A stretch of 64,000 nt of DNA from Escherichia phage humlepung. The translations under genes were made by a program, and so were the position numbers. Every line of letters starts with the position of its first letter. Position 1 is the first letter of the stretch. Below are positions 42,895-51,273 of this stretch, in pieces. The stretch lies in the sequence record MN850564.1. The stretch is one strand, 5' to 3'. A model generated the notes under the pieces. The model worked only from the letters and a program-made list of their open reading frames with translations. It did not search any database and had not been told where the DNA came from.

Positions 42895-43130
42895 ACTGCC
42901 ATCCTTCCATACTATACCCTACCAAACCGTACCTAACCTCACCCTACCGAACCGAACCGTACCTCATTAAAAGACCCTCTTTAAAGACCTTTTAAAAAGG
43001 TAAGTCTCATTTTAATGTAGCTGAGACTAACTACCCATACCAAACAGCACCGCACTATGCCTTACCCCACCTCACCGAGCCTCGCCCCACATCACTTAAA
43101 AACCCTTTTCAAAGACTCTTAAGTGATGTT
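42895..43130. repeat. G-depleted (plus strand) low-complexity tract with degenerate ACCCTACCRAACCGTACCT repeats and an 11-bp inverted repeat (43089-43099 / 43119-43129)
   Basis: Strong strand compositional skew; tandem ~25-nt units at 42916-42966; ACATCACTTAA / TTAAGTGATGT palindrome arms. Confidence 0.55.
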
Positions 43131-43343
43131 GGTGAGTACCCGTTGGTTTATGCTGCTCAGTATACTCACCAAATTTTCTATGTCAACAACTTTTTATAAA
43201 AAAGTTCTGATAGCTATATGTGTCACGAAACAAAAGATTGTAAACAAGACACCCATTGCAAAAGATGTGTCCAAAAGCTTACTTGCAACGTATGACAATA
43301 CAAAGACAACCAGTATAAACAGAATGACTGTACTGAACATAGT

Positions 43344-44444
43344 TTACTCATAATCCCTAATAACTAGCCCGACAGGGAACTGTAAAGAACCCTTACGAGT
43401 CATCTTCTGGAACTGTACCGTTAAAGGCTTCCCGATAAACTCTTCAGGATGCTCAGCAAGATACTGTTTCTTCTCATGAGTAGTCTTCCATGATACATCT
43501 ACAAAGACGTTAGGAAGAGTCTCTACAACGAACTTACCATGACCACGTTTATCAGTCTTTACACCAGTCACTTTAAACTCTTCAGTGTGCATCTTCTTGT
43601 GCTTAATCAAGAAGTATGAACGGTGACCACACTCATAGAAAGATTCTTCAGAGATTGAACGGTACATTGCACCTTCAAACTTAGCTTCAACCCACTTATC
43701 ATGAGCTTCATCAAATTCTTCCCAAGAATTTACACGACGAGACTTAACAGGAACAACTTTACAGCCATCTCTAAAGTCATTCAATGGTGAAGTCTCAATA
43801 ATATCTCTACGCTCAGGCCACGTCTTAGTGCTGTCACAGATATCGTACCAGTAGAACTGGAGTAGATGTCGGTCTGGATTGTCAGCATTTTTAATCATAG
43901 ACACAATATCTTCTAAGTCCCAACCATGAGCATAAATCTCACCATCAAAGTCTTCGACTTGTGGATGCAATTTAAGCAACAAAAGCAAATCTGGGATTAG
44001 TTCTGCTGGGACGTTGTAAATAGTATTCTCACGAGAATAAGCCGTGAAGCTAACTAAATCAGCATCTCTTGAGATTCTACAACGTACACCATCAAGTTTT
44101 GGTTGAGCATCAGCAGGGAACTTCAGATACTTTGCATGACTAACCTTTGCAGCATCATGAGCAAGCTGTACACCTACCTTCTCAGTATTCTGTGCAGACT
44201 CTTTTGTGTAAGCATAACCTTTACGGTCAACTTGCTTTTTATACTTAGCAGCAACTTCAAAGAGAGCTTGCTGTTCAGCGTTACGCTCATTCTTTTTACC
44301 GATGTTCTTAGGCTCTGCTGTATACTCTTCAAACATCATCTTGCCATTCTCTTTACCATAGGTTGTAATAACTTTGTCACCTACAGCAACACATGACCAG
44401 ACGTTGAAGGAACCATCTTTATTTTGTTTGTACAGAATTGTCAT
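43344..44444 (-). CDS. ATP-dependent DNA ligase
   Basis: Adenylation motif KLDGVR (KxDGxR); start placed at internal ATG with GAGGT RBS (alternative start 44480). Confidence 0.7.
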   Translation of the reverse strand: MTILYKQNKDGSFNVWSCVAVGDKVITTYGKENGKMMFEEYTAEPKNIGKKNERNAEQQALFEVAAKYKKQVDRKGYAYTKESAQNTEKVGVQLAHDAAKVSHAKYLKFPADAQPKLDGVRCRISRDADLVSFTAYSRENTIYNVPAELIPDLLLLLKLHPQVEDFDGEIYAHGWDLEDIVSMIKNADNPDRHLLQFYWYDICDSTKTWPERRDIIETSPLNDFRDGCKVVPVKSRRVNSWEEFDEAHDKWVEAKFEGAMYRSISEESFYECGHRSYFLIKHKKMHTEEFKVTGVKTDKRGHGKFVVETLPNVFVDVSWKTTHEKKQYLAEHPEEFIGKPLTVQFQKMTRKGSLQFPVGLVIRDYE

Positions 44445-44637
44445 TTTTAACCTCTGAGTGATACCAAGTATTGCAAGCATTACATGCGTAAAGCTCTAAG
44501 TCATTTTTATCTGGTTTGTGGAAACAGTTTGACCCACAACGACACCGGAATAGCTTACCATCAACACGAAGAATGAATGTTTCAAGCTCACCATCTTCTG
44601 TAAGAACTGCGTTCTTAAATTTATCTTCTACAGTCAT
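44419..44637 (-). CDS. small Cys-rich protein (72 aa)
   Basis: CRC...CNAC motif; ORF. Confidence 0.4.
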   Translation of the reverse strand: MTVEDKFKNAVLTEDGELETFILRVDGKLFRCRCGSNCFHKPDKNDLELYACNACNTWYHSEVKNDNSVQTK

Positions 44638-44840
44638 TTTCTCTTACCACCAATCTCTACGTCGATAACTTGAACATCGCCAGCAACATCAAACTTATGA
44701 ATGATGCTTTCCACAGTGTAAGTCCAACCCTCAATGCGAACCAACTCACCTTCTCGTGGGACGATTGGATTACGTTGAGCTACGGTTGTAGTGGAGTGAA
44801 CAACATCATAACAATAGATGTAGTTTACTAAGACTTCCAT
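44634..44840 (-). CDS. hypothetical protein (start trimmed to avoid 89-nt overlap)
   Basis: Internal ATG with GAGGT RBS just downstream of the lipoprotein gene stop. Confidence 0.35.
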   Translation of the reverse strand: MEVLVNYIYCYDVVHSTTTVAQRNPIVPREGELVRIEGWTYTVESIIHKFDVAGDVQVIDVEIGGKRK

Positions 44841-44850
44841 CGTGAAAACC

Positions 44851-45120
44851 TCACTCAATAACCGTAGTGTGTGATTGACCATTTTTGCCATAGCTATAAG
44901 ATGTTGTTGTTTGGGAGTTTGGACATCTGACAACAACAATATCTCTGCTTATAGCATCACCATGTAACTTGTATACTTTGCAATCTTGCATCTCTGGTGG
45001 GAGACTGTAAGAAGCATTTTTATCTTCATAAGAAGGGTTGCAGCCAGATAGAAAAACAACACCAAGCGCAATTACTGCTTTCCACATAATACTTCCCCAG
45101 AGACTGTACATTTTCTTCAT
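44851..45120 (-). CDS. small lipoprotein (lipobox LSGC)
   Basis: N-terminal hydrophobic signal ending in LSG-C. Confidence 0.5.
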   Translation of the reverse strand: MKKMYSLWGSIMWKAVIALGVVFLSGCNPSYEDKNASYSLPPEMQDCKVYKLHGDAISRDIVVVRCPNSQTTTSYSYGKNGQSHTTVIE

Positions 45121-45350
45121 AGCAACTCCAGAATATCAATACGTTCGCCCTTAAGGACTCCAGTACGGTCTCTTGCAATCTTGCCGTCAACAATAAGGAT
45201 ATGTGCAGCCCTTAAAGAGTCACTATTAAAAGCTTTTACGAACTTACTAGGCATCACTACAATGGGCATCTCCTGAATCAACTCTGGAGTATAGCAATTG
45301 TCGTGAAGTTGCTGAATAACGTCTGCAAGTGTCATTTTTGATGTCTCCAA
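45117..45350 (-). CDS. hypothetical protein (77 aa)
   Basis: ORF. Confidence 0.4.
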   Translation of the reverse strand: METSKMTLADVIQQLHDNCYTPELIQEMPIVVMPSKFVKAFNSDSLRAAHILIVDGKIARDRTGVLKGERIDILELL

Positions 45351-45541
45351 TACTCAATGTCAATAAGTTCTTGTGCAATGCTTTTAAGGTTACCTTTCAA
45401 GAAAACCTTCTCAGAACCTGAAAGAGATGAATTGTCAATTAACCTGTTCATTCTCTCAAACAACTTCTGCTTACGATTTTTGATAGTCTCCTTTGAAGCA
45501 CCTTTCATCATTGCTGCATGGGTTCTTCCACGATGGCTCAT
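45332..45541 (-). CDS. hypothetical basic protein (69 aa)
   Basis: ORF. Confidence 0.35.
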   Translation of the reverse strand: MSHRGRTHAAMMKGASKETIKNRKQKLFERMNRLIDNSSLSGSEKVFLKGNLKSIAQELIDIEYWRHQK

Positions 45542-45592
45542 AATCCCTCCTATACAAGATGTAGTATAAGGTACTCTTCCCTGAGCACCTTG

Positions 45593-46096
45593 TCAACTTA
45601 GTTTTGCAAACTCTCCGTGGAGTTTAATAGCAGCTTCACAGTAAGCTTTATGGGCTTCTTCTGGTGTGTCAAATAAACCAAGTGATGTCCTTTTACCTCT
45701 GCATGTTATAGCTGCCCTCCACTTATTGCAGTCTTTAAAGTAATGTACACCCTTGTAACCTGATTTGTTAGTCGTCTGCTTTACCCTATTTTGAGCATTT
45801 CCGTATTTATCAGTCTCCCTAAGATTAGAAATGTGATTATTACTTCTGTTACCATCAATGTGGTCTATCATCTTAGTGGGTTTGTAACCATGTTCGAACC
45901 ACCAAACGAGGTGATGAATTTTTATTACGACATCTTTGAATTTAAGTACTTTGTAACCGTAAGCATCAGCACCTCCTGCAATCTGCCCAGCTTTAGCTTG
46001 TCTATTCCTGTCATACTTGTTGTAGAAGACCCCTTTGTCGGGGTCGTAAATAAAATTATCCTTGTAGTCTTGAAGTGTTAGTGTACGGCGTACCAT
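45593..46096 (-). CDS. HNH homing endonuclease with AP2-type DNA-binding domain
   Basis: HNH core HHLVWWFEHGY...IDHIDGNRSNNHISNLR; C-terminal YKGV...LGLFDTPEEAHKAY AP2-like segment. Confidence 0.75.
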   Translation of the reverse strand: MVRRTLTLQDYKDNFIYDPDKGVFYNKYDRNRQAKAGQIAGGADAYGYKVLKFKDVVIKIHHLVWWFEHGYKPTKMIDHIDGNRSNNHISNLRETDKYGNAQNRVKQTTNKSGYKGVHYFKDCNKWRAAITCRGKRTSLGLFDTPEEAHKAYCEAAIKLHGEFAKLS

Positions 46097-48777
46097 GTCT
46101 TACCTACCTTACCAGTGCCTGTAACAAGCGTCTTACTCTTTAATCCAAGATTTTTTGATGCTTGACCATACATTCTATCAATAATCTCCTTAACATCAGG
46201 TACATCTTTGGTTGGAACCTCTAAAGAGACCTCATCGTGGTAACTACAGACCCACCTAGCACCAATAGCTGGCTTCCTACCATTTAGAACTGTAAGCTTG
46301 CGCTCTGTTAACTCCCTGTTAGCCAAGTTAATACCCTCATTCTGCACCTGCGCCTCACTGCCCATAAGTGTGTAATTCAATAACTTATGTGGAGATTTAC
46401 ACCATAACCACGCCCCAGCAACCTTGATATAGCCACCTTTTGCAATTGCAGAAGTCTTTCCGAAAACCTCTTCAAGTGCTTTCTTAGTTGCTTTGAAGTC
46501 TTCCTCTAGTCTATCAAGCAGCTTTTTAATCTTAGGTAGACGCACAAAGTAAGTTTGTTTAGTCAATGCACCCTCTTCCGTAGATGATGCCTTGATAGTT
46601 TTTGCAAACTTCTCGTCTCCGGCTCCAAATAACAGGGCGTAGATGCCATTTTTGCTCTTCTTACGACCTTTTGTAATCTCGTGGAGAAGTTCCTCATCCT
46701 GTGTCTCCCTGCAACGAACAATATCCTCTTCTTTGTTAAGACCAAAGTAAATACTGTTCAGTGTATGCGCATCAGTCCCTGTGTAGACTTCATAGAGGTC
46801 ATTTTCAGCATCATAACGCAGATACTTGTCAGTTTCTGGGTTAAGATACTTGTCAAGATGTTTACAGTAGTATCTACCATCATCTTGCTTAGTGAACTCT
46901 ACTGACTCTTTACCCTCAGTTACCGCTTTAGTGAAGTCTTCATCACCCATAAAGTTACAAAGAAGAACTAGCTGGGCTGAGTTTTGGTCTACGGAGATGA
47001 TATCTGTACCATCTTCACAAGTCCACACCTCCCTCATAGGTGCTCCATAGACAGCAGCACCAGACGGTACGTTTACAATACCATATTGTGTCATACGTCC
47101 AGTTGAAGTGCCAAACACCATTGCACCAGCACTAAGGCGACCATCAGGACGAATCTGGTTCAACCAACCTTTTTCATCATCCTTTGAGTTCTCAATAGTT
47201 CTGCGTCGGTGCATCAAAGTATAGTACTTAGCAATCTTCTGTCCAAGCTCACCTTCAATCGTATCATAAGATGATTCAGTAAGTTTTGGTGAAGTACGGA
47301 TTAAGCAAGGTTCAAGCAAATCTGTGTATTTCTTCACAGACCAGTTATGCTCGATGTACTGTACACCTTCATGTTCAACATAACTCAAACCACACCGCTC
47401 AACCATTTCCTGCCACTTAGGATGCTTTGTAATCATCTTTTTATTGTCTTTGAAACGACAAACTTTGATAGGGCGACCATCTGAGTCTTTCTTGTAATTC
47501 CAGTCATCTGGAATCCAACCAACTGATTTCAAGTAGTCTTTAACAACTGCTACCTGAGTCATACGAGAAACTTCAAACTCAATTGGTGTATATGGTGCAT
47601 CAATCAAACCTGTGTAGCGACTTGACTCAAGTTCAAAGTGATTGACAACGTGACTGTTATAGTACTTCACAGTCTTGACTGTTTTTACTGGTTTCCAGTC
47701 TTTGCATTTTTTGCCAATCTTTGCATTCAACTCGTTGCAGATTGCACGAGCATCCTTCATCGCTACAAAACCCTCTTTGTACTCTTCACCAGTTACAGAG
47801 TTGGTTGGTGTATAGCAATTTCTCTTTTCAATGTTAAAAATCTTTGTAGTTGGCTTACCAAATGGTTTGATTTCATAAGTCTGCATCTCACCATTACGTA
47901 CCTGCTGACGATACTTTGTCTTAGGGTACTTGGTAATTCTCTTCAGTCCATCTGCATGACCAAATGTTTCAACATACTCATTCCAAGCTTTTGCAAACTC
48001 TTCTCCAGTGACTTTACCTTTGGTCTTAATAGTTGGAGGAAGATGTGGTTCAACCTCTGAAGCAAGTTCATTAGTCAATTTGTCAAGCTCCTTTACATGG
48101 AACTCCATAAGCTCCTTATCAGCTTTCCAACCATTGATAGCTTGCTGGCTCATCCAGAAAGATGTCTCTTTAGCTCGCATGTAAGTCTCATAAGTGTCTA
48201 TACCACACTTCTTAAGCTTGAGATACTCGTTATCAAGTGCCCGTTTAGTTTTGGCATTAATACGGATATCTTCTACAACACGAGTGAAGATTTCTGCATT
48301 CCACACACCCCAATGTTCAATCTCTGGTTTACGGACACCAACACGAGCACCCCATGCAGCCAAACCATGAGCACCTTTATAACCCTTTGGGGTTGGCCTA
48401 TCCATCCACTGAACACGAGACTGGATAAGAGAGTCCTGAAAGAAATTACTCCACGGTTTACACTTTGGATTATCAAAGTTCCATAAATCAGGTGCAATGT
48501 GATTGAAAACCCACCAGTCATAACCGAGACCATTATGGATGCAAAGACGTTTTGCCTTTAACGCAAATTCAACACCTTCACGTAAACCACCTTTGATGTA
48601 CTTAGTGTACTTGTGACCGAGGATAGGCTCATCTGTAAAGACCCATACAGGTGGCTCTTCATCGTCAGATTTATAGTCTGCAAAGGCCATTACGTGAACT
48701 TTAGTGAACTCAAGGAGTAAACCATCAGTTTCTGTATCACCAACCAAATGTAAGTTTTTAAAATCTACGTTTTCCAT
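46078..48777 (-). CDS. DNA polymerase, family A, with 3'-5' exonuclease domain
   Basis: Exo motif GDTETDGL, Pol A motif C-like HDEVSLEV; start at MENVDFKN with AGGGAG RBS (track start 48807). Confidence 0.85.
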   Translation of the reverse strand: MENVDFKNLHLVGDTETDGLLLEFTKVHVMAFADYKSDDEEPPVWVFTDEPILGHKYTKYIKGGLREGVEFALKAKRLCIHNGLGYDWWVFNHIAPDLWNFDNPKCKPWSNFFQDSLIQSRVQWMDRPTPKGYKGAHGLAAWGARVGVRKPEIEHWGVWNAEIFTRVVEDIRINAKTKRALDNEYLKLKKCGIDTYETYMRAKETSFWMSQQAINGWKADKELMEFHVKELDKLTNELASEVEPHLPPTIKTKGKVTGEEFAKAWNEYVETFGHADGLKRITKYPKTKYRQQVRNGEMQTYEIKPFGKPTTKIFNIEKRNCYTPTNSVTGEEYKEGFVAMKDARAICNELNAKIGKKCKDWKPVKTVKTVKYYNSHVVNHFELESSRYTGLIDAPYTPIEFEVSRMTQVAVVKDYLKSVGWIPDDWNYKKDSDGRPIKVCRFKDNKKMITKHPKWQEMVERCGLSYVEHEGVQYIEHNWSVKKYTDLLEPCLIRTSPKLTESSYDTIEGELGQKIAKYYTLMHRRRTIENSKDDEKGWLNQIRPDGRLSAGAMVFGTSTGRMTQYGIVNVPSGAAVYGAPMREVWTCEDGTDIISVDQNSAQLVLLCNFMGDEDFTKAVTEGKESVEFTKQDDGRYYCKHLDKYLNPETDKYLRYDAENDLYEVYTGTDAHTLNSIYFGLNKEEDIVRCRETQDEELLHEITKGRKKSKNGIYALLFGAGDEKFAKTIKASSTEEGALTKQTYFVRLPKIKKLLDRLEEDFKATKKALEEVFGKTSAIAKGGYIKVAGAWLWCKSPHKLLNYTLMGSEAQVQNEGINLANRELTERKLTVLNGRKPAIGARWVCSYHDEVSLEVPTKDVPDVKEIIDRMYGQASKNLGLKSKTLVTGTGKVGKTWYAVH

Positions 48778-48837
48778 TTTTACTCCCTCTAAAATCATTA
48801 ACCTCATACATTACTGCAAAAAATTATAAAAAGCAAG

Positions 48838-48867
48838 TTGACAATGTACTTGACAAGGTGTTAATCT
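48838..48867 (+). promoter_or_regulatory. Conserved promoter/operator element TTGACAATGTACTTGACAAGGTGT (copy 2)
   Basis: 23/24 identical to 8365-8388; lies in divergent intergenic region. Confidence 0.55.
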
Positions 48868-49034
48868 TTGCGAAGTGGGTTTTTACTTAAAAGGTCACTT
48901 AACAGTTTAACTATACAGATACTTTAAAACTCTTAAAAGATTATTTAATAGCTTTTAAAAAGCTTTAAAGTATAACGTATAGAATACGTTAAGATAAAAG
49001 ATTAAAACTTAATAGTTACTTAAAAGAGGCTTAC

Positions 49035-49457
49035 ATGCAGAAAATGTTTGTTCACCCAGACATAGCTGACTTTGTTAGAGCTTTGCAGAAGTTGGAAGAA
49101 CTTGACATTGCTGCTCAGCGGGAATATGCTCACCATCACAGGAGAATGGTTGATATACAACATGAAATAGAGTTGTCTGAAAACTATGAAGATGACTTAA
49201 AATGCTCTGTATTTGAGCATATGAAAGATGTTGCTACAGCGAGACGTAAAGCTAAAGACACAGTTGCTTTACTAGATTCTCTTAAAAAGAGGTTGCAAAG
49301 TGGTACAGACCTGTGTAATCTAGCGTCACTGATTAACGATGTTGAAACTTCTTGGGATAGGCACTATTATCCACGTTCTGAAAAGACACTTGACTTTTCT
49401 TCATCCGAAAACTTAAAATGTTCTAGAAAGAAACTTAACCAACTGAGAGAGAAATAA
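49035..49457 (+). CDS. hypothetical protein (140 aa)
   Basis: ATG with AAGAGG RBS. Confidence 0.5.
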   Translation: MQKMFVHPDIADFVRALQKLEELDIAAQREYAHHHRRMVDIQHEIELSENYEDDLKCSVFEHMKDVATARRKAKDTVALLDSLKKRLQSGTDLCNLASLINDVETSWDRHYYPRSEKTLDFSSSENLKCSRKKLNQLREK

Positions 49458-49458
49458 T

Positions 49459-50259
49459 ATGAATATCGATGTAGAAAAGATGCTTGAAGAGAAAGGTGTT
49501 GATGAAGCATTCTTAATCAATGCCGTAGAAAGCATGGCTATGATTCTTCGTGGTAATAACTACACAGAACAGTTTATGCCTGCAAGCTATAACTTGCCTG
49601 AAGACAAGTCTGATAACGGTGCTTTTGCAGAACAGGTTAATATGATGTTGACAGACACTACACTTGCTCTGGCATCTATTGCGGTTGGTGTTGATGCACT
49701 TGCTGAGTTCATTTTTTATGAAATGCAAAAGAATGACTATATCAGGATGTCAGACGAAGATAAGGAACTGTTGCTGACTAAGGACACTGATTTCATTATT
49801 GATACGCTTATCTCATCAACGAGTGCTGTTATGGCTGTTCTTGAGAAGCGTATGGAAGAGAAACTTTCACGATATGAAAAACTTGATTGGGGCGTAGAAG
49901 AATTAAACCCACGAATCAAAGAGATTATCCAGCAAACTAAAGAGTCTTTGGAAGAAGCTGTTGAAAATGACTCTGTAGCTGACATTGAACCACTTCAGGT
50001 GAAAGTTGCACTGATGATTCCAGCTATCTCTACGATGATGAATATCGTTGCACTAATCCAACTGTCACAGATGATGGGTGTGAGTATTGAGTTCATTGAG
50101 GAAATGACTGGTGGCGTTAGTATGCAAGCAATCAATGATGTTCTGGTGAGCATTGGTGCTTCAATCATTGAAGAGAAGCTGCGCATTAACTTTGGTGATG
50201 ATTTTGTGAAGCAAATCTCAGCTATGGCTGAAAAAGAGTCTGCTGACCAACTGCACTAA
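49459..50259 (+). CDS. hypothetical acidic protein (266 aa)
   Basis: ORF. Confidence 0.5.
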   Translation: MNIDVEKMLEEKGVDEAFLINAVESMAMILRGNNYTEQFMPASYNLPEDKSDNGAFAEQVNMMLTDTTLALASIAVGVDALAEFIFYEMQKNDYIRMSDEDKELLLTKDTDFIIDTLISSTSAVMAVLEKRMEEKLSRYEKLDWGVEELNPRIKEIIQQTKESLEEAVENDSVADIEPLQVKVALMIPAISTMMNIVALIQLSQMMGVSIEFIEEMTGGVSMQAINDVLVSIGASIIEEKLRINFGDDFVKQISAMAEKESADQLH

Positions 50260-50277
50260 GTCTTTATAAATCTTACA

Positions 50278-50301
50278 AGCCTCCTTAGTTGGGGGCTTTT
50301 T
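50278..50301 (+). terminator. Terminator hairpin agcctcc-ttagttg-ggggct + TTTT
   Basis: GC stem and T-run. Confidence 0.5.
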
Positions 50302-50320
50302 AGTAATTAATGGAGATAAA

Positions 50321-51064
50321 ATGAGTAATATTATAGCATTTACTGGAAAGGCGCGTTCTGGAAAAGACACCTCATGTTCTATTGTGAAGAACATCTTAGA
50401 GGATGAGCACGGCTACAATGTTGCAGTAATGGCCTTTGCAGACAACCTTAAACTATCTGCATCAAAGATATTTGACTTGACTTGGAATGACCTGTACGGT
50501 GAAACTAAAGAGACTCCGCAGGTATTTGACTTATCATATCATGAACTGATGTTTAAAGTTACGGAAGCTATGGAGTTCACCTTCAGGGATGAACGTTACC
50601 ATATGGACTTCAAGCTTATGTCAGAGTTAACCGGACGATTAATCATGGAGCTTAAGAAGGTTGCTAAACCGACTCTATTGACACGTCTGGGGTTTAGTAA
50701 AAAGTATAAATTCTCATCAAGACAAATTCAACAGATTTGGGGTACTGAAGTTGTCCGTAAAGTAATGGGCGACAAGTTCTGGTCTAAAGACCTTGAAAAA
50801 AGAATGGTTAGATTCCATGAAATGTGCTCACTTAGAAATCAATATGGTTTTGTCTTAATCAGTGATTTAAGATTTGACTCTGAAGCTGAATGGCTGAGTA
50901 GATTTGCACACCAAACTATTGAAGTAAAAAGAGACAATGTGGACAAAGTTTCATCACATGTTTCAGAAAATGGGATTTCTACAAAATATGAGCGTGACAT
51001 TATTCATAATAATGGTACTCTTGCAGACCTTGAGAACAAGCTAAGAGCCATCATTAAAGTTTGA
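50321..51064 (+). CDS. deoxynucleoside monophosphate kinase (T4 gp1-like), putative
   Basis: P-loop FTGKARSGKDT resembles T4 Dnk VKRSGKDT. Confidence 0.6.
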   Translation: MSNIIAFTGKARSGKDTSCSIVKNILEDEHGYNVAVMAFADNLKLSASKIFDLTWNDLYGETKETPQVFDLSYHELMFKVTEAMEFTFRDERYHMDFKLMSELTGRLIMELKKVAKPTLLTRLGFSKKYKFSSRQIQQIWGTEVVRKVMGDKFWSKDLEKRMVRFHEMCSLRNQYGFVLISDLRFDSEAEWLSRFAHQTIEVKRDNVDKVSSHVSENGISTKYERDIIHNNGTLADLENKLRAIIKV

Positions 51065-51273
51065 AAGAGATAATGAAGATGAGAGTAAAAGACAATTTTA
51101 AAGTTATTGACCACCGTTTAGTGGAACTCTCATCTCTTTCCAATGAGGTAATGATTGAACGTCTTAAGAGAGTTGAATCACGAAGGAAAGAGATTGCAGA
51201 TGAAATTCATGAACTGGACAAGATTGAAAATGGATTGAAGGCAGAACTACAACGAAGAGGTGCTAATGTCTAA
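51061..51273 (+). CDS. hypothetical coiled-coil protein (70 aa)
   Basis: ORF. Confidence 0.4.
   Translation: MKEIMKMRVKDNFKVIDHRLVELSSLSNEVMIERLKRVESRRKEIADEIHELDKIENGLKAELQRRGANV

Noticed and set aside
43123-43353. 76-aa plus-strand ORF in the minus-strand intergenic region
   Set aside because: Wrong orientation for the operon, no RBS, overlaps repeat and palindrome region; probably non-coding.
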